64,000 bases of DNA from Oligoflexia bacterium (GCA_963758495.1 CAVWVI010000003.1:1504001-1568000); one strand, 5' to 3'. Shown: positions 49,267-59,890, numbered from the stretch's first letter. Translations and numbers: made by a program. Notes: generated from the letters alone by a model not told the origin.

Positions 49267-49986
49267 CTAAAAGACAATTCCTAAACCTATCGACGGATTC
49301 AAGGTCGTAGTTCTTCCTACAATCAAGAATCCTCCTAGACGAAAAAGAAAGTTGGAACGATTCCTACATTCAAATCCACCGCCTAGAACAGCAGCAACAC
49401 CACTCTGAGTAAAGGTACCATTGCCTAATCCTGATTGACTTGCGTTAATAAAATCGGCGCCTGCAGAAATAAAGCCACGAGCGTGGTCCTGGGTAAAATA
49501 GTAATTCATATAGACGGGGATTACTGTAATAGAGGCCTCGTAATTATTATGTGGCCACCACTGATAGGCATCCCAATAAGCAATGCCAGCGCCCAATGTA
49601 ATATGATCTGAAATAGCTCGATCAAAATCTAAACTATAGATTGAGGCGCGGCCAAAAACCTCCAGGGAAGCAGCATTGGGATGAGCACTTACAGGCTCTG
49701 TGGAATCGTCCTCCTTAGGCTCAAGCTGGTTTTGACCCATTACGGCGGGAGGTGCTGCTAAAGGTATTGCAATCCATGGCTCAGGACAACTGGCAACAGT
49801 GGGGTAATATGCTTTCGTACTTCCACAGTAATAATAGAAACCCATTGATCTACTTTCTTGTGAGGCTGGCGGTTGGGTGGGTGGTACGGGAGGAGGTAGC
49901 GCTTGAGAAGGATTTGTGGACTCCGCAATGGCCTGAGTTCCATAGAGGCAAATGAGTAGGCATAAAACTTTTTGAAATTTAGCCAT
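49267..49986 (-). CDS. Exported protein: Pro-rich linker, YYC..YYP..CP..W module and probable outer-membrane beta-barrel
   Basis: Signal peptide, YYYCGSTKAYYPTVASCPEPW, amphipathic strands, C-terminal GLGIVF. Confidence 0.65.
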   Translation of the reverse strand: MAKFQKVLCLLICLYGTQAIAESTNPSQALPPPVPPTQPPASQESRSMGFYYYCGSTKAYYPTVASCPEPWIAIPLAAPPAVMGQNQLEPKEDDSTEPVSAHPNAASLEVFGRASIYSLDFDRAISDHITLGAGIAYWDAYQWWPHNNYEASITVIPVYMNYYFTQDHARGFISAGADFINASQSGLGNGTFTQSGVAAVLGGGFECRNRSNFLFRLGGFLIVGRTTTLNPSIGLGIVF

Positions 49987-50094
49987 AAGCAGCAGTCTCC
50001 AAGTTTATTCCGTTAAATCTGGGGTTTAAGAAAATGATAAAATGCTATCGGAAAAAATACAAACTTCATAATCGCGAAGCTCATAGGCAAACAA

Positions 50095-50571
50095 TCAGTT
50101 TGGTGGTTGTACGGAAATAGTGGTCCAGCCATTAGGACAATCTTTTATATTTGGATAATAGCCTTTTGATGCTTCGCAATAATAGGAGAATGCTTGTGAT
50201 TTTACCGGGGCTTGCATTCTTCCCTTCTCTGATGGGGGGGCCACTACTTTAGAAGATTCTCCACTCATCGTTGGTTTAGAGGAAGGATCAGGTATTGGAG
50301 CAGGCGGAGGAGGGGGTAAGCCGGCAGCTTGAAGGATATAAACAGGCTGTGCATTAGCTGGTGGATAAGGGTACACTGGAGCAGGATAAAAATACCAGGT
50401 CGGTCCAACTACCCACCACCAGCCTACTCGCCCAACGTAAGTACCGTGAAACCAATACCCAGTTTTCCAGCTTGGGCCATAGAAACCAGGAGAGTAAAAT
50501 CGGCCACGCCCGAATCGAGCTTCAGAAATTTTCGGATTAAGGGCTATTAAAAAAATGAATGCCAAAATCAT
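50095..50571 (-). CDS. Exported Trp/Tyr/Pro-rich protein with C-terminal YYC..YYP..CP..W module
   Basis: GWWWVVGPTWYFYPAPVYPYP; YYCEASKGYYPNIKDCPNGW. Confidence 0.65.
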   Translation of the reverse strand: MILAFIFLIALNPKISEARFGRGRFYSPGFYGPSWKTGYWFHGTYVGRVGWWWVVGPTWYFYPAPVYPYPPANAQPVYILQAAGLPPPPPAPIPDPSSKPTMSGESSKVVAPPSEKGRMQAPVKSQAFSYYCEASKGYYPNIKDCPNGWTTISVQPPN

Positions 50572-50719
50572 ATAATCTGACTCAATTTAATAATAGTCAG
50601 TAAATTTAATATGTACAATTCCTTTTTGGAATTTCACAGCCGCGGTACTCTTTGGAAAGTCTTCGCGTCAAAACGGTGCTTGCCTCGACCAATATGGGCA
50701 AGCAGTACTTACTATTGTT

Positions 50720-51385
50720 TTATTGTAATTTGTATTCGACAGGGATTTTCAATATCAACTCATGGAGCTTAAGCTCCATGGGAATGACTGGAAATGCCTT
50801 AATTCTCTGAATTGCATCGAGCGATGCTTCATTCAAATCAGAAAATGGAGAAGGTTCACGAATCTTCACGTCGAGGACATCCCCATTCTGGCCCAACTTA
50901 AGAGTGAGAATAACACGCCCTTGTTGCCCGCGTCGTTGGGCAGATGTTGGATACCTCTTTTTATGATCAATCAAATCAATGACACTTCCTACATAATTAG
51001 AAAGAACACTTGAATAATTCGAAGTGGCCAGCGATGACTCATTCGGAGAAGCAGTATTCTGACCGTGATTGATGGGTTGAGTTACTTGTTTGGGAGTGGG
51101 TAAAGTAGACTTTTCTTGGGCTATGTCTTTCCTGGAAATGCTAGGCTTCAGGACAGCTTTGGGCACTACATTCTTCGCGACAGTTGCTGGCGAAGTCAGT
51201 TTGATCAATGTCACATCAGTGGGGACCACATGAGCTACTTTTGCCTTATCGGGCCGAAGGGACAAGAGCATGAAAATAGATGCATGAAAAATGAGGCTTG
51301 AAATGAAGGCCAATTTGATGAACTTAGTTTTAACTTCCTTCATGACCATCCCCGTATTTAAAGTCATTCCAATCACGGCATCCAT
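50720..51385 (-). CDS. tonB: Energy transducer TonB
   Basis: SLIFH TM motif; KRYPTSAQRRGQQGRV, LNEASLDAI, IPVEYKL. Confidence 0.88.
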   Translation of the reverse strand: MDAVIGMTLNTGMVMKEVKTKFIKLAFISSLIFHASIFMLLSLRPDKAKVAHVVPTDVTLIKLTSPATVAKNVVPKAVLKPSISRKDIAQEKSTLPTPKQVTQPINHGQNTASPNESSLATSNYSSVLSNYVGSVIDLIDHKKRYPTSAQRRGQQGRVILTLKLGQNGDVLDVKIREPSPFSDLNEASLDAIQRIKAFPVIPMELKLHELILKIPVEYKLQ

Positions 51386-51534
51386 TTTAAAGCTCTTTTT
51401 TCTCTAATCGGAGCTGATTCGAGTTTGCACGGAGTCAAAGTAAGTATTTTTTCTCGTTGTATAGTTGTATAATGGAATTTCATAACACTCCATTCCTTGA
51501 CTTCCCATTTGTTAATGCGAACTTATCAAATAGT

Positions 51535-53961
51535 ATGAAATTTTCCCAAGTGATAAAAATGATGGGCGAAACAAAAACATCAAATGGGATGGTGGGTTGT
51601 CTTGACGATTTTGCAATGCTTGTGTTTGCTGCGGCCAGTATTAATTTTGTAATTGTATCCTTAATTCCTCATGATGTGATTGCAGATCCTCAGATAGACT
51701 CGGAAACAGTTGAAACTGCCCCTGTCGAAGTGATTTCTGCCTCTCCTCTCTTAGGAAGTGGAATTGACGCAGACAAAGTACCTAATTCTACCCGAGTCAT
51801 TCGGAGTAAAGATCTTACAACAAACGGTGGACCTCCCTCTCTCTCCAATGCTCTCAAAGACCAGATGGGGAGTGTCAATCTCAATACGACTCTTGGAAAT
51901 CCCTATCAGCCGGATCTTACCTTCCGTGGATTTACGGCATCGCCGGTCGTCGGCGTCCCTCAAGGATTTGCCGTTTATCAAAACGGTGTACGTGTTAACG
52001 AGGCATTCGGTGATACCGTGAACTGGGATTTGATCCCTGACTTTGCTATTGATAGTATGAATCTCACCAGCACGAATCCGGTTTTTGGATTCAATGCTCT
52101 GGGAGGGGCGGCCGCTATAGAAATGAAAACCGGTTTTACTTTCCGTGGTGCCCAAGCTGAAGTTTCTGGCGGTTCTTTTGGTCGGGTCACCGGCATCGCG
52201 CAGTATGGGAAGAACTGGGACAATTGGGCATTCTATTTCGGCGCAAGCCCGTCGTACGAAACTGGCTGGAGAGAAAATATGCCATCCAGAATCGATCGAA
52301 CTTATACCGATGCAGGTTATGACAATGGTCATAGTAGCTTTCACCTCGGTTTTACTTATGCAGATAATTCTTTAGGGGGCACTGGACCTACCCCAGAAGC
52401 ACTGCTCGCACAGGATTGGCGTGCCGGGGTCGATTACCCAGGTAGTATTGCCAATAAAGTTGCCATGGTCTCACTTAGAGGGAACACCGAACTGAGCAAA
52501 ACTCAATCACTGCAGGGCAATCTCTATTATCGGAATTTTCACCAAGATTTGACGAATGGAGCTCCAGCCAGCGTGCAACCTTGCATGGGTAATCCGAGCA
52601 ATTTCTGTTCATCTTCCGATAACGGTACAACCTATACAGTTCCTCTGCTCGATCAAAATGGAAATTCAGTTCCAGTTTCTGCAGCGAACAGTCCTGCCTT
52701 TCCTGGTATTGTCGCTTTGGCTACAACTCAAACAGGTTCCTTTGGTGCAGCACTTCAAACGACTTCGACTGCTCAACTTGCCAGCCATGATAACCAATGG
52801 GTCCTCGGAGGCAGTATTGATCAGGGAAATACGACCTTTAATTCCAGTTCGCAATTCGGAAGTTTTGATAGTACTCGGACGGTCATTCCGACGAATCTCT
52901 TTGTCACCTCGGCGGGAAGCTTAAGTAATGTTTCCCTCGGTTCATCTAACACTTATACCGGGCTCTACTTGACGGATACGTTTGATGTCACTTCTGCTCT
53001 CTCTCTAACCGCAAGCGGGCGCTATAATTTGGGTTTGATCCAACTCACTGACCAGCTGGGTGGGCCGCTCACTGGCTTTCATCGCTACGATCGTTTTAAT
53101 CCTGCGATTGGAGCCACCTATAAGATTACTCCAAGCATAACGGCGTTTGCCGATTATGCAGAGAGTAACCGCATACCCACAGCAGCGGAGTTATCCTGCG
53201 CCGATCCAACCCAAAGTTGTTCATTAGCTAGTTTCTTCATTGCTGATCCTGATTTACAACAAGTTGTTGCAAAAACCTATGAAACAGGCCTTCGAGGCGG
53301 CTTTGTGACGGCTAACAAAGCTCGTATTCAATGGAATGCCAATATTTTTCGGACTGACAACACCAACGACATTATTGAAATCGCGAGTCTGACTGTCGGT
53401 CGTGGATACTTTCAAAATGGAGGGAATACTCGACGGCAAGGAGTCGAAACAGGGATCAGTTATCAAACAGATCGATGGAGAGCCTATACAGATTATAGCT
53501 ACGTAGATGCGACTTTTCAGTCGAGCTTAACCCTCAATAGTCCTTTTAATCCTTTTGCTGATTCCAATGGTCATATTCAAATTGTTCCTGGAAATGCCCT
53601 TCCCAGTATTCCTAATCAGAGGTTGAAGGTAGGAGCAGACTACTGGCTGACTCAGAAATGGTCATTAGGAGTGAACTGGACCTTAGTGAGCAGTCAATTC
53701 CTGCAAGGAGATGAGTCCAACCAGAATGCACCCGTACCCGGTTACGGAGTGGTGGGATTTCACTCTCAATACATGATCAAAAAGTGGCTCCAGGTATTTG
53801 CCTGGGTCGATAATGTCTTTGATCGGCATTTTTCCACCTTCGGGACATTTATTAACGACAGCGGGGTACCTCCTGGAAATATTGGTCTAACCCGCACTGT
53901 AAGCCCCGCTCCTCCATTAGGAGCATTTCTCGGGCTACGAGCACAAATGGACTCTCTTTAA
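51535..53961 (+). CDS. TonB-dependent receptor
   Basis: TonB-box-like PVEVIS; plug RGFTASPVVGVPQGFAVYQNGVRVNE; barrel strands; VDNVFDR. Start uncertain. Confidence 0.9.
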   Translation: MKFSQVIKMMGETKTSNGMVGCLDDFAMLVFAAASINFVIVSLIPHDVIADPQIDSETVETAPVEVISASPLLGSGIDADKVPNSTRVIRSKDLTTNGGPPSLSNALKDQMGSVNLNTTLGNPYQPDLTFRGFTASPVVGVPQGFAVYQNGVRVNEAFGDTVNWDLIPDFAIDSMNLTSTNPVFGFNALGGAAAIEMKTGFTFRGAQAEVSGGSFGRVTGIAQYGKNWDNWAFYFGASPSYETGWRENMPSRIDRTYTDAGYDNGHSSFHLGFTYADNSLGGTGPTPEALLAQDWRAGVDYPGSIANKVAMVSLRGNTELSKTQSLQGNLYYRNFHQDLTNGAPASVQPCMGNPSNFCSSSDNGTTYTVPLLDQNGNSVPVSAANSPAFPGIVALATTQTGSFGAALQTTSTAQLASHDNQWVLGGSIDQGNTTFNSSSQFGSFDSTRTVIPTNLFVTSAGSLSNVSLGSSNTYTGLYLTDTFDVTSALSLTASGRYNLGLIQLTDQLGGPLTGFHRYDRFNPAIGATYKITPSITAFADYAESNRIPTAAELSCADPTQSCSLASFFIADPDLQQVVAKTYETGLRGGFVTANKARIQWNANIFRTDNTNDIIEIASLTVGRGYFQNGGNTRRQGVETGISYQTDRWRAYTDYSYVDATFQSSLTLNSPFNPFADSNGHIQIVPGNALPSIPNQRLKVGADYWLTQKWSLGVNWTLVSSQFLQGDESNQNAPVPGYGVVGFHSQYMIKKWLQVFAWVDNVFDRHFSTFGTFINDSGVPPGNIGLTRTVSPAPPLGAFLGLRAQMDSL

Positions 53962-53984
53962 TCAGAGAAGAATTAGGGAAATTC

Positions 53985-54731
53985 ATGTTTAATCATCGAC
54001 TTGACCAAACACCTAGTAATCGCGTTATTTTGCATTGGTTTTTGCTGAGTTTTAATGGGGGTTGTATCAACGCAGGCGGTTTTCTTGCGACGGGGCGATT
54101 CGTGAGTCATGTGACAGGGTTTGCAACGCTATTTGGAGTTGACTTAGCAAATCGTAAAATTGAAGGAGCAATGGGTATCTTATCTGTGCCTGTTTTTTTT
54201 CTCCTCGGAGCATTTTTAGCAGGTTTGTTAATCGATCGTCCCATACACAAAAAAAAGAAACCTCACTTCGATTATGTCATGGGGCTGAGTTCGTTGTGTC
54301 TTTTTTTTGCCGCCATGGGCGGTGAATGGTCACAGTTTACAACTTTCGGTGGAGTCATTCACCTGAAACAAGTGTATATTCTGTTGTCGTTACTCTGCCT
54401 TGCCTGTGGCCTTCAAAACGGGGCGATCACATCATCTTCAGGTAGCTCGATTCGCACCACCCATCTTACAGGATTGATGACGGACTTGGGGTTAGGATTT
54501 GCCAGGCTTCTTACATTTCAACCTCACAGCGATAATTATCTCAAAGAGACACGGGTTAACGGTCTTCGTAGTGGTTCCATTATCGCCTTTGTTCTGGGTT
54601 CTATTATAGGCTCTTGGATTTTTATTAAAATAGGTCCACGTGGATTTCTTTTTTCATCTTTAATCGCTGCGTATGCGGCTTGGTCCGGAAGACATGTAAA
54701 AATTTCCGCCCATAATGGACCTATTCATTAG
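53985..54731 (+). CDS. YoaK/DUF1275 family membrane protein
   Basis: GCINAGGF, FVSHVTG, GLQNG, RTTHLTG..TDLG. Confidence 0.88.
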   Translation: MFNHRLDQTPSNRVILHWFLLSFNGGCINAGGFLATGRFVSHVTGFATLFGVDLANRKIEGAMGILSVPVFFLLGAFLAGLLIDRPIHKKKKPHFDYVMGLSSLCLFFAAMGGEWSQFTTFGGVIHLKQVYILLSLLCLACGLQNGAITSSSGSSIRTTHLTGLMTDLGLGFARLLTFQPHSDNYLKETRVNGLRSGSIIAFVLGSIIGSWIFIKIGPRGFLFSSLIAAYAAWSGRHVKISAHNGPIH

Positions 54732-55167
54732 GTTTTAAGAGGAAAACTTCGGGTCCGTCTTGAGAGAACGGGATGCGAAGTTCAATCCCTACGAAAGACT
54801 GCTGAGATGGAGAGAGTGAGCTCGATCCTTGTCCTAGAACATGGCTGTCTAGAAATGTCCCCGCATAAGTTGAATCTCCGGATCCTTCTGAATTTGGAGG
54901 GGCAAGATTACTTAACGCCACTATCATTGATTTGTAATTTTGGTCAAAGAAAGTAGCGAGGACGTATTGAGGATTGTCATCAGTGTCTCGTTTCAGTCGA
55001 ACAGTGACCTTACTGTGATCCACTTGAACTTCGGCAGAGTGACCACCGTTCTCGAAGGTAGTAGAGAGTTGTTGATCAGAAAATACGTTGTTTAAGACCA
55101 CGAAATTGGCAAATAACCCAATCGTAGTAAAAGTAGTGCATAATTTTAGTTTTATTTCTGCATTCAT
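54721..55167 (-). CDS. Hypothetical exported protein
   Basis: Hydrophobic N-terminus; beta-rich body. Confidence 0.55.
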   Translation of the reverse strand: MNAEIKLKLCTTFTTIGLFANFVVLNNVFSDQQLSTTFENGGHSAEVQVDHSKVTVRLKRDTDDNPQYVLATFFDQNYKSMIVALSNLAPPNSEGSGDSTYAGTFLDSHVLGQGSSSLSPSQQSFVGIELRIPFSQDGPEVFLLKPNE

Positions 55168-55445
55168 AAAATATTCCTATGCTTATTTATCATTAAGGAA
55201 TGATCGCTACTTTCAAGACACCAAACACCCCTCATTATATCAGTGCAGGGTGTGTGCCAGGCCACGCAAGCGCAATTTGCGCTTAAACTTCAACGAATTT
55301 CTGAAAGTCATCGTCAAATTAAGACAAAATGTTCCAGATATGGGGGGTATTTTGCCTCTCTAGATATGGGATATTTTGCCTCGAAATCAGCATAGGTAAA
55401 CTGCGAGTACGATGGTCAACGTACATGCGTATCTGGGGAGTGAGT

Positions 55446-55895
55446 CTACTCCTTTTGTTGAAGCTTAAGATTGATATTCTCTCCACCATGAATTAATTCC
55501 ATGGGTCCTACCACTTGATAATAACGAGAGCCAGATACCAAATGATAAGTCATGTTTGGATCAGCGATAAATTCAAAGTCACCTTTGGCGGTAGTCCTGG
55601 ACTTACTCATTTCATTTCCATCCTTGTCAGTCAGAATCAGAAGCGAAGACACGCAGGGCCCAGAAAATGGATTGGCTGTGCTCTCAATCACCGTGCACAG
55701 CCCCCTAATAGTTCCAGGGTTCTTCGTAGCTTTTCCTAAATTGAGTTTCTTGCCGCTCCCTCGACGTCTAACTCCCATTCCGGGGTTGTTGTCAGGTTCT
55801 TGACTGGTACTTGAATCACTGTCAGCATAGGCTTTTGTGTTTAGATAGGTAAAGAAAAAGCTCATTATTAAAAAAAGAATAATAAAATTTCTCAT
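55446..55895 (-). CDS. Hypothetical exported protein (prealbumin/carboxypeptidase-regulatory-like fold possible)
   Basis: Signal peptide AYA|D; LTDKDGN...TTAKGDFEF motif; RBS GGAGA. Confidence 0.6.
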   Translation of the reverse strand: MRNFIILFLIMSFFFTYLNTKAYADSDSSTSQEPDNNPGMGVRRRGSGKKLNLGKATKNPGTIRGLCTVIESTANPFSGPCVSSLLILTDKDGNEMSKSRTTAKGDFEFIADPNMTYHLVSGSRYYQVVGPMELIHGGENINLKLQQKE

Positions 55896-56004
55896 TGGAA
55901 TCTCCCCGTACGTTATTAGAATTTACTTGAGAATAGTTTAAAGAAAAAGGTTTTAAAAAGAGTGGAATCTTAAATGAACATCTTGAAAATGGGAACAGTG
56001 TAAA

Positions 56005-56685
56005 GTGTCAAAACCTTATCAAGTTCTTTTAGTTGAAGACGATCCATTTATAGCTAGGACTCTTAGGATGAGCCTGTCTTATAAAGGATTTGAAGTGACC
56101 GCCTGTAATTCTTTTCAACAAGGCCTCAATCAATTTCGATCCCATCCGTTTGATGTAATATTATTGGATATCAATTTGCCTGACGGAAATGGGCGGGATT
56201 TATGTCAGGAGATTCGAAAGAACAATGAAACAATTCCGATCCTAATACTCACAGCAAAAATGGAAGAGGAGTCAGCCGTGCAGTGTCTTCAGAGGGGGGC
56301 GGATGACTATATTCGCAAACCTTATGGATCTCAGGAGCTTGCTGCACGTATGATACGTCTCCTTGAGCGAAAAAAGAAAGTCGGTACCCAATTGCTATTT
56401 AGTAGCCTCAAGATTGATGTTCAAAAGCGGATGGCTTGGGCGGGTGATAAGCCGCTCACTTTAGGAAAAAGAGAATTTAATATTCTCACACTGTTAGTGA
56501 AGCGCTCTGGAGAGGCAGTGACAAGAAATGAAATCCTAGACACTCTGGGAGAAGAGGCCGATCTTTACGACCGAACCATTGATTCACATCTCAGTCATCT
56601 CAGAAGAAAACTCAAAAAAGCGGGTGCCATTACGATTCAAATTCTACCGATCTACGGCATAGGATATCGATTGGAAGAGAAATGA
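56005..56685 (+). CDS. OmpR-family response regulator
   Basis: LVEDD, LLDINLPDG, GADDYIRKP, RTIDSHLSHLRRKL, YGIGYRL. Confidence 0.95.
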   Translation: MSKPYQVLLVEDDPFIARTLRMSLSYKGFEVTACNSFQQGLNQFRSHPFDVILLDINLPDGNGRDLCQEIRKNNETIPILILTAKMEEESAVQCLQRGADDYIRKPYGSQELAARMIRLLERKKKVGTQLLFSSLKIDVQKRMAWAGDKPLTLGKREFNILTLLVKRSGEAVTRNEILDTLGEEADLYDRTIDSHLSHLRRKLKKAGAITIQILPIYGIGYRLEEK

Positions 56686-58106
56686 AGCGAACAACTATTC
56701 TTCGTTTCTTTGTCATTAGTTTTATTATTTCTCTCGGATTGGGTTTTGCTTCGTTTCTGGGACTTCGGACTTTAAATGAGTCTTCCATTAGTGAAGTCCG
56801 AAAGCACATGATTTTATATATAGTTCAGATTGTTGAAGGTACTCAGTATTCTGAATCAGTTCAAGACTATCATTTCCGGAGAAATGGCCTTTCTTTTGGA
56901 TCTGATTTGTGGGTTCTATCGGGACAAGGAATTGTCATTGCATCAAATTCCAATGCCGCTATTCCTATTTATTGGAACACGGTTAAGAAGCCAGTGAATG
57001 TTCATGATTTTATTTTTCTTTATCGCCCCTTCAGACTGGTTTCCGATTTAACTTTGGTGAAGCTGGACAAAAAAGAGACGACTTATCTTTTAATTGGATC
57101 ACGTCATCAACCTTCTTTAGGGGGGCCTCTTTGGGTTCAGATCTCATTCTTGTTTTTCGTTGCGGGGTTAGCCGTCTTGATTGCAGTAATATTCCTATTT
57201 ACCTATTTTAGAAAAAAATCACTGGAAGCAAGAATTGTTTTATCGCGTTTAGAAAAAGGTGATTTGAAGGCTCGATTTGATATTAAACGAGTGGATGAAA
57301 TTGGCAGTCTGATGGTTGATTTTAACCGGATGGCCTCTGAAATAGAAAGGCTAGTGTATCGGATTGAGGAGACGGAAAAAGCGAGAAAGAATCTGTTGGA
57401 GGAGTTGAGTCATGATGTGAGGACCCCCCTGACAAGTCTTAAAATGGCAATAGAAACTCTTTCTGAACATTTGGATGAAATGCCAAAGGAGGAGCAACGT
57501 GATTTTTTGAAAATCGGTCAAGCTGAGTTGAATTATTTTCTTAATTTGATTGATGACCTATTTTTTGTAGCAGATTTAGGTGAGCCTCGTTACAAGAAGA
57601 CAGCGCGTAAAGTTGATTTGGAAATTCTTCTTCAAGAAGAGATAGCGGCTCGACAGTCGCAACAAAAGATACCTTCTAGTGTGGCCTCGTCCTTACCCAA
57701 GGGAAAACGGATTTACTGGAAACTCAAAAAGGAGAACACGGAGGGCGATGAAGACGGAGAGATCTTGGGTGATCCACTCCTCCTTCAAAGACTTATCAAA
57801 AATGCTTTGGATAATGCGGCTAAGTATACTGTGGCTTCAGTAGTTGTTAAAATGCATACAAAAAAGGAAAGTGTCATTCTCAGAATTGAAGATGACGGCC
57901 CAGGCATCACAGATGGAGCCATTTCAAAATTTGGTCAGAGAAAAAAATATCGCTTAAGTAAAATGGATCGTGACTATTCTATTTCATTGGGACTTGGATC
58001 GGTGATTATGAAAACGATTGTTGAGCTTCACGGCGGTCAGATTAAGATTGAAAGATTAAATCAACCTCAGGGTACACGTTTAACACTGATTATTCCAAAA
58101 ACCTAG
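56682..58106 (+). CDS. Membrane sensor histidine kinase (HAMP-HisKA-HATPase)
   Basis: Two TMs, DEIGSL...FNRMA, SHDVRTPL, NALDNA, DDGPG, GLGS. Confidence 0.93.
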   Translation: MKRTTILRFFVISFIISLGLGFASFLGLRTLNESSISEVRKHMILYIVQIVEGTQYSESVQDYHFRRNGLSFGSDLWVLSGQGIVIASNSNAAIPIYWNTVKKPVNVHDFIFLYRPFRLVSDLTLVKLDKKETTYLLIGSRHQPSLGGPLWVQISFLFFVAGLAVLIAVIFLFTYFRKKSLEARIVLSRLEKGDLKARFDIKRVDEIGSLMVDFNRMASEIERLVYRIEETEKARKNLLEELSHDVRTPLTSLKMAIETLSEHLDEMPKEEQRDFLKIGQAELNYFLNLIDDLFFVADLGEPRYKKTARKVDLEILLQEEIAARQSQQKIPSSVASSLPKGKRIYWKLKKENTEGDEDGEILGDPLLLQRLIKNALDNAAKYTVASVVVKMHTKKESVILRIEDDGPGITDGAISKFGQRKKYRLSKMDRDYSISLGLGSVIMKTIVELHGGQIKIERLNQPQGTRLTLIIPKT

Positions 58107-58251
58107 CGCACAGCTTATGAGTGCATAATAAAAGAAAAATAAAATTTATAGTCTTCCACAGAAATTACAGATTCTTATCTTATTTTGCAATTAACTTGCT
58201 CCTGAACTTAAGAAGGTGCGAGGAAATAACCTCATCAATTGAAATGGAGAT

Positions 58252-58647
58252 ATGATGAAATACGCAAAAGTAACAGCAACTCTTGGTTTCGTGGCATTCT
58301 GTTTAGCCACTCAAGTCGGATCTCTCGGAGTGGCCAAGGCAGATGATAGCATCCTGAATGTAGAAACCTCCTCCCTGAAACAGCATAAAAAACGATGTAT
58401 AAAAAAAGCATTTCGCTTGGGTGTCTGCGTAGGTGAAGCGCTGGCGAAAGAGGGAATTACTTTGCCGCCTCGCGATTCGACTCATGATCTGACTCGTGAG
58501 GCTGGACAAACATCGACTTGGGATGAGTCAACAAGGGCTGCATTCAAAGCAGCGGTGAAGGGATGTCGTCATCATTCTAGGAAGTTTGGGGATGAGAAGC
58601 TTGAGAGCAATGATTCTTCTGACGTGGAAAGTGAGAGCCTAGACTAA
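58252..58647 (+). CDS. Hypothetical exported Cys-containing protein
   Basis: RBS GGAGA; signal peptide AKA|D; followed by a terminator. Confidence 0.65.
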   Translation: MMKYAKVTATLGFVAFCLATQVGSLGVAKADDSILNVETSSLKQHKKRCIKKAFRLGVCVGEALAKEGITLPPRDSTHDLTREAGQTSTWDESTRAAFKAAVKGCRHHSRKFGDEKLESNDSSDVESESLD

Positions 58648-58690
58648 AAAAAGAAGAAGTAGCTGAACAAACGGTAATGGACAAACAGTA

Positions 58691-58732
58691 AGGGATAGAG
58701 CAGTAAATGGGGCTCTATCCCTCATTTTTTTT
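58691..58732 (+). terminator. Intrinsic terminator
   Basis: AGGGATAGAGC / GCTCTATCCCT stem plus T8. Confidence 0.85.
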
Positions 58733-58945
58733 AAAATCCTTGTGTTTCTGGTCCAATTATTTATTTTATTTCATTTTGTGTGATGATCATACATGATCCT
58801 TCGGAATTGGAGGGTGGGATCTTTCTTTTTCAACGGCTTGTATTCTACATAAATAAACAGACCGGAAGGGGCATTTCTTAGGCGGCCCTTTCTGTTTAAG
58901 GGTATTGCTACTGGCACATACTCTGCAAGATTCATCAGGATAATC

Positions 58946-59839
58946 ATGACCAAATTAATTCCAAATCATAGCAAAATTAGTCCGACGGCGAAGATGGTAG
59001 CTTATTGGCGTCAGTTTAGTGATATTCCATTTGCTTATGAAGTAGCAAAACTGGTCCATGCAGAAGAAGTCTTTAAATTATTTTTAAAAGATACAAACGT
59101 ATCTATTGAAAGTATGTCTTGGTTTGCTCCCATGATTGAGGCTCGGTACAAAAGCATGATCCATATGATCCGCCGACAAAATATCAAACAGATTTTGGAA
59201 CTGGCCAGCGGAGTATCCTTGCGGGGTTTGGCCATGACCTCCGACCCGGAAGTCGTCTATGTTGAAACGGATCTTCCAGAAATGTCCGCGGAAAAAAAAG
59301 CTATTGTACAAAAAATCCGCAAACAGAAAAGCATTCCAGAAAGAAAGAATCTTTTCTTCCGAGAAGTGAACATCTTAAACTTGAACGAGCTTGAAGAAGC
59401 AACGCTTCCATTTTTTGATAATAACCCCATTGCGATTATTCATGAGGGACTTTTTCAGTATCTTTCTCTTGAGGAAAAGAAATTGGCAGCTACTCATATT
59501 CATTCCCTACTCAAAAAATTTGGAGGAGTATGGATTACGCCGGATCTAAATACCAAGGAAGAAATCGATGAACAATGGAATTGCTCCAATTCTATAAAGC
59601 AACTCACAGAAAGTGTAAAAAACTTTACTCAAAGAGATTTTAGAGAAAATGCATTTGAAAACAAGGCGCACATTCAAGACTTTTTTGAAAAAATGGGTTT
59701 TGAGATTCAAGAGTTTCCACAAATTGACAATAGTTTTGATCTTACGTCAATCAAGGAGCTTCATGTTCCACAAGATACTTTAAGAACCCATACTGCATAT
59801 CTTAAAATCTGGATTTTACGTGCCTTACCTATTTCATGA
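58946..59839 (+). CDS. Class I SAM-dependent methyltransferase (leucine carboxyl methyltransferase-like)
   Basis: ISPTA, EARY, QILELASGVS, YVETDLP, HEGLFQYL. Confidence 0.85.
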   Translation: MTKLIPNHSKISPTAKMVAYWRQFSDIPFAYEVAKLVHAEEVFKLFLKDTNVSIESMSWFAPMIEARYKSMIHMIRRQNIKQILELASGVSLRGLAMTSDPEVVYVETDLPEMSAEKKAIVQKIRKQKSIPERKNLFFREVNILNLNELEEATLPFFDNNPIAIIHEGLFQYLSLEEKKLAATHIHSLLKKFGGVWITPDLNTKEEIDEQWNCSNSIKQLTESVKNFTQRDFRENAFENKAHIQDFFEKMGFEIQEFPQIDNSFDLTSIKELHVPQDTLRTHTAYLKIWILRALPIS

Positions 59840-59890
59840 GTTTTATTAAAATATGAATCCAACAGCCCATATAGAGGAGCTGGATTAAAA

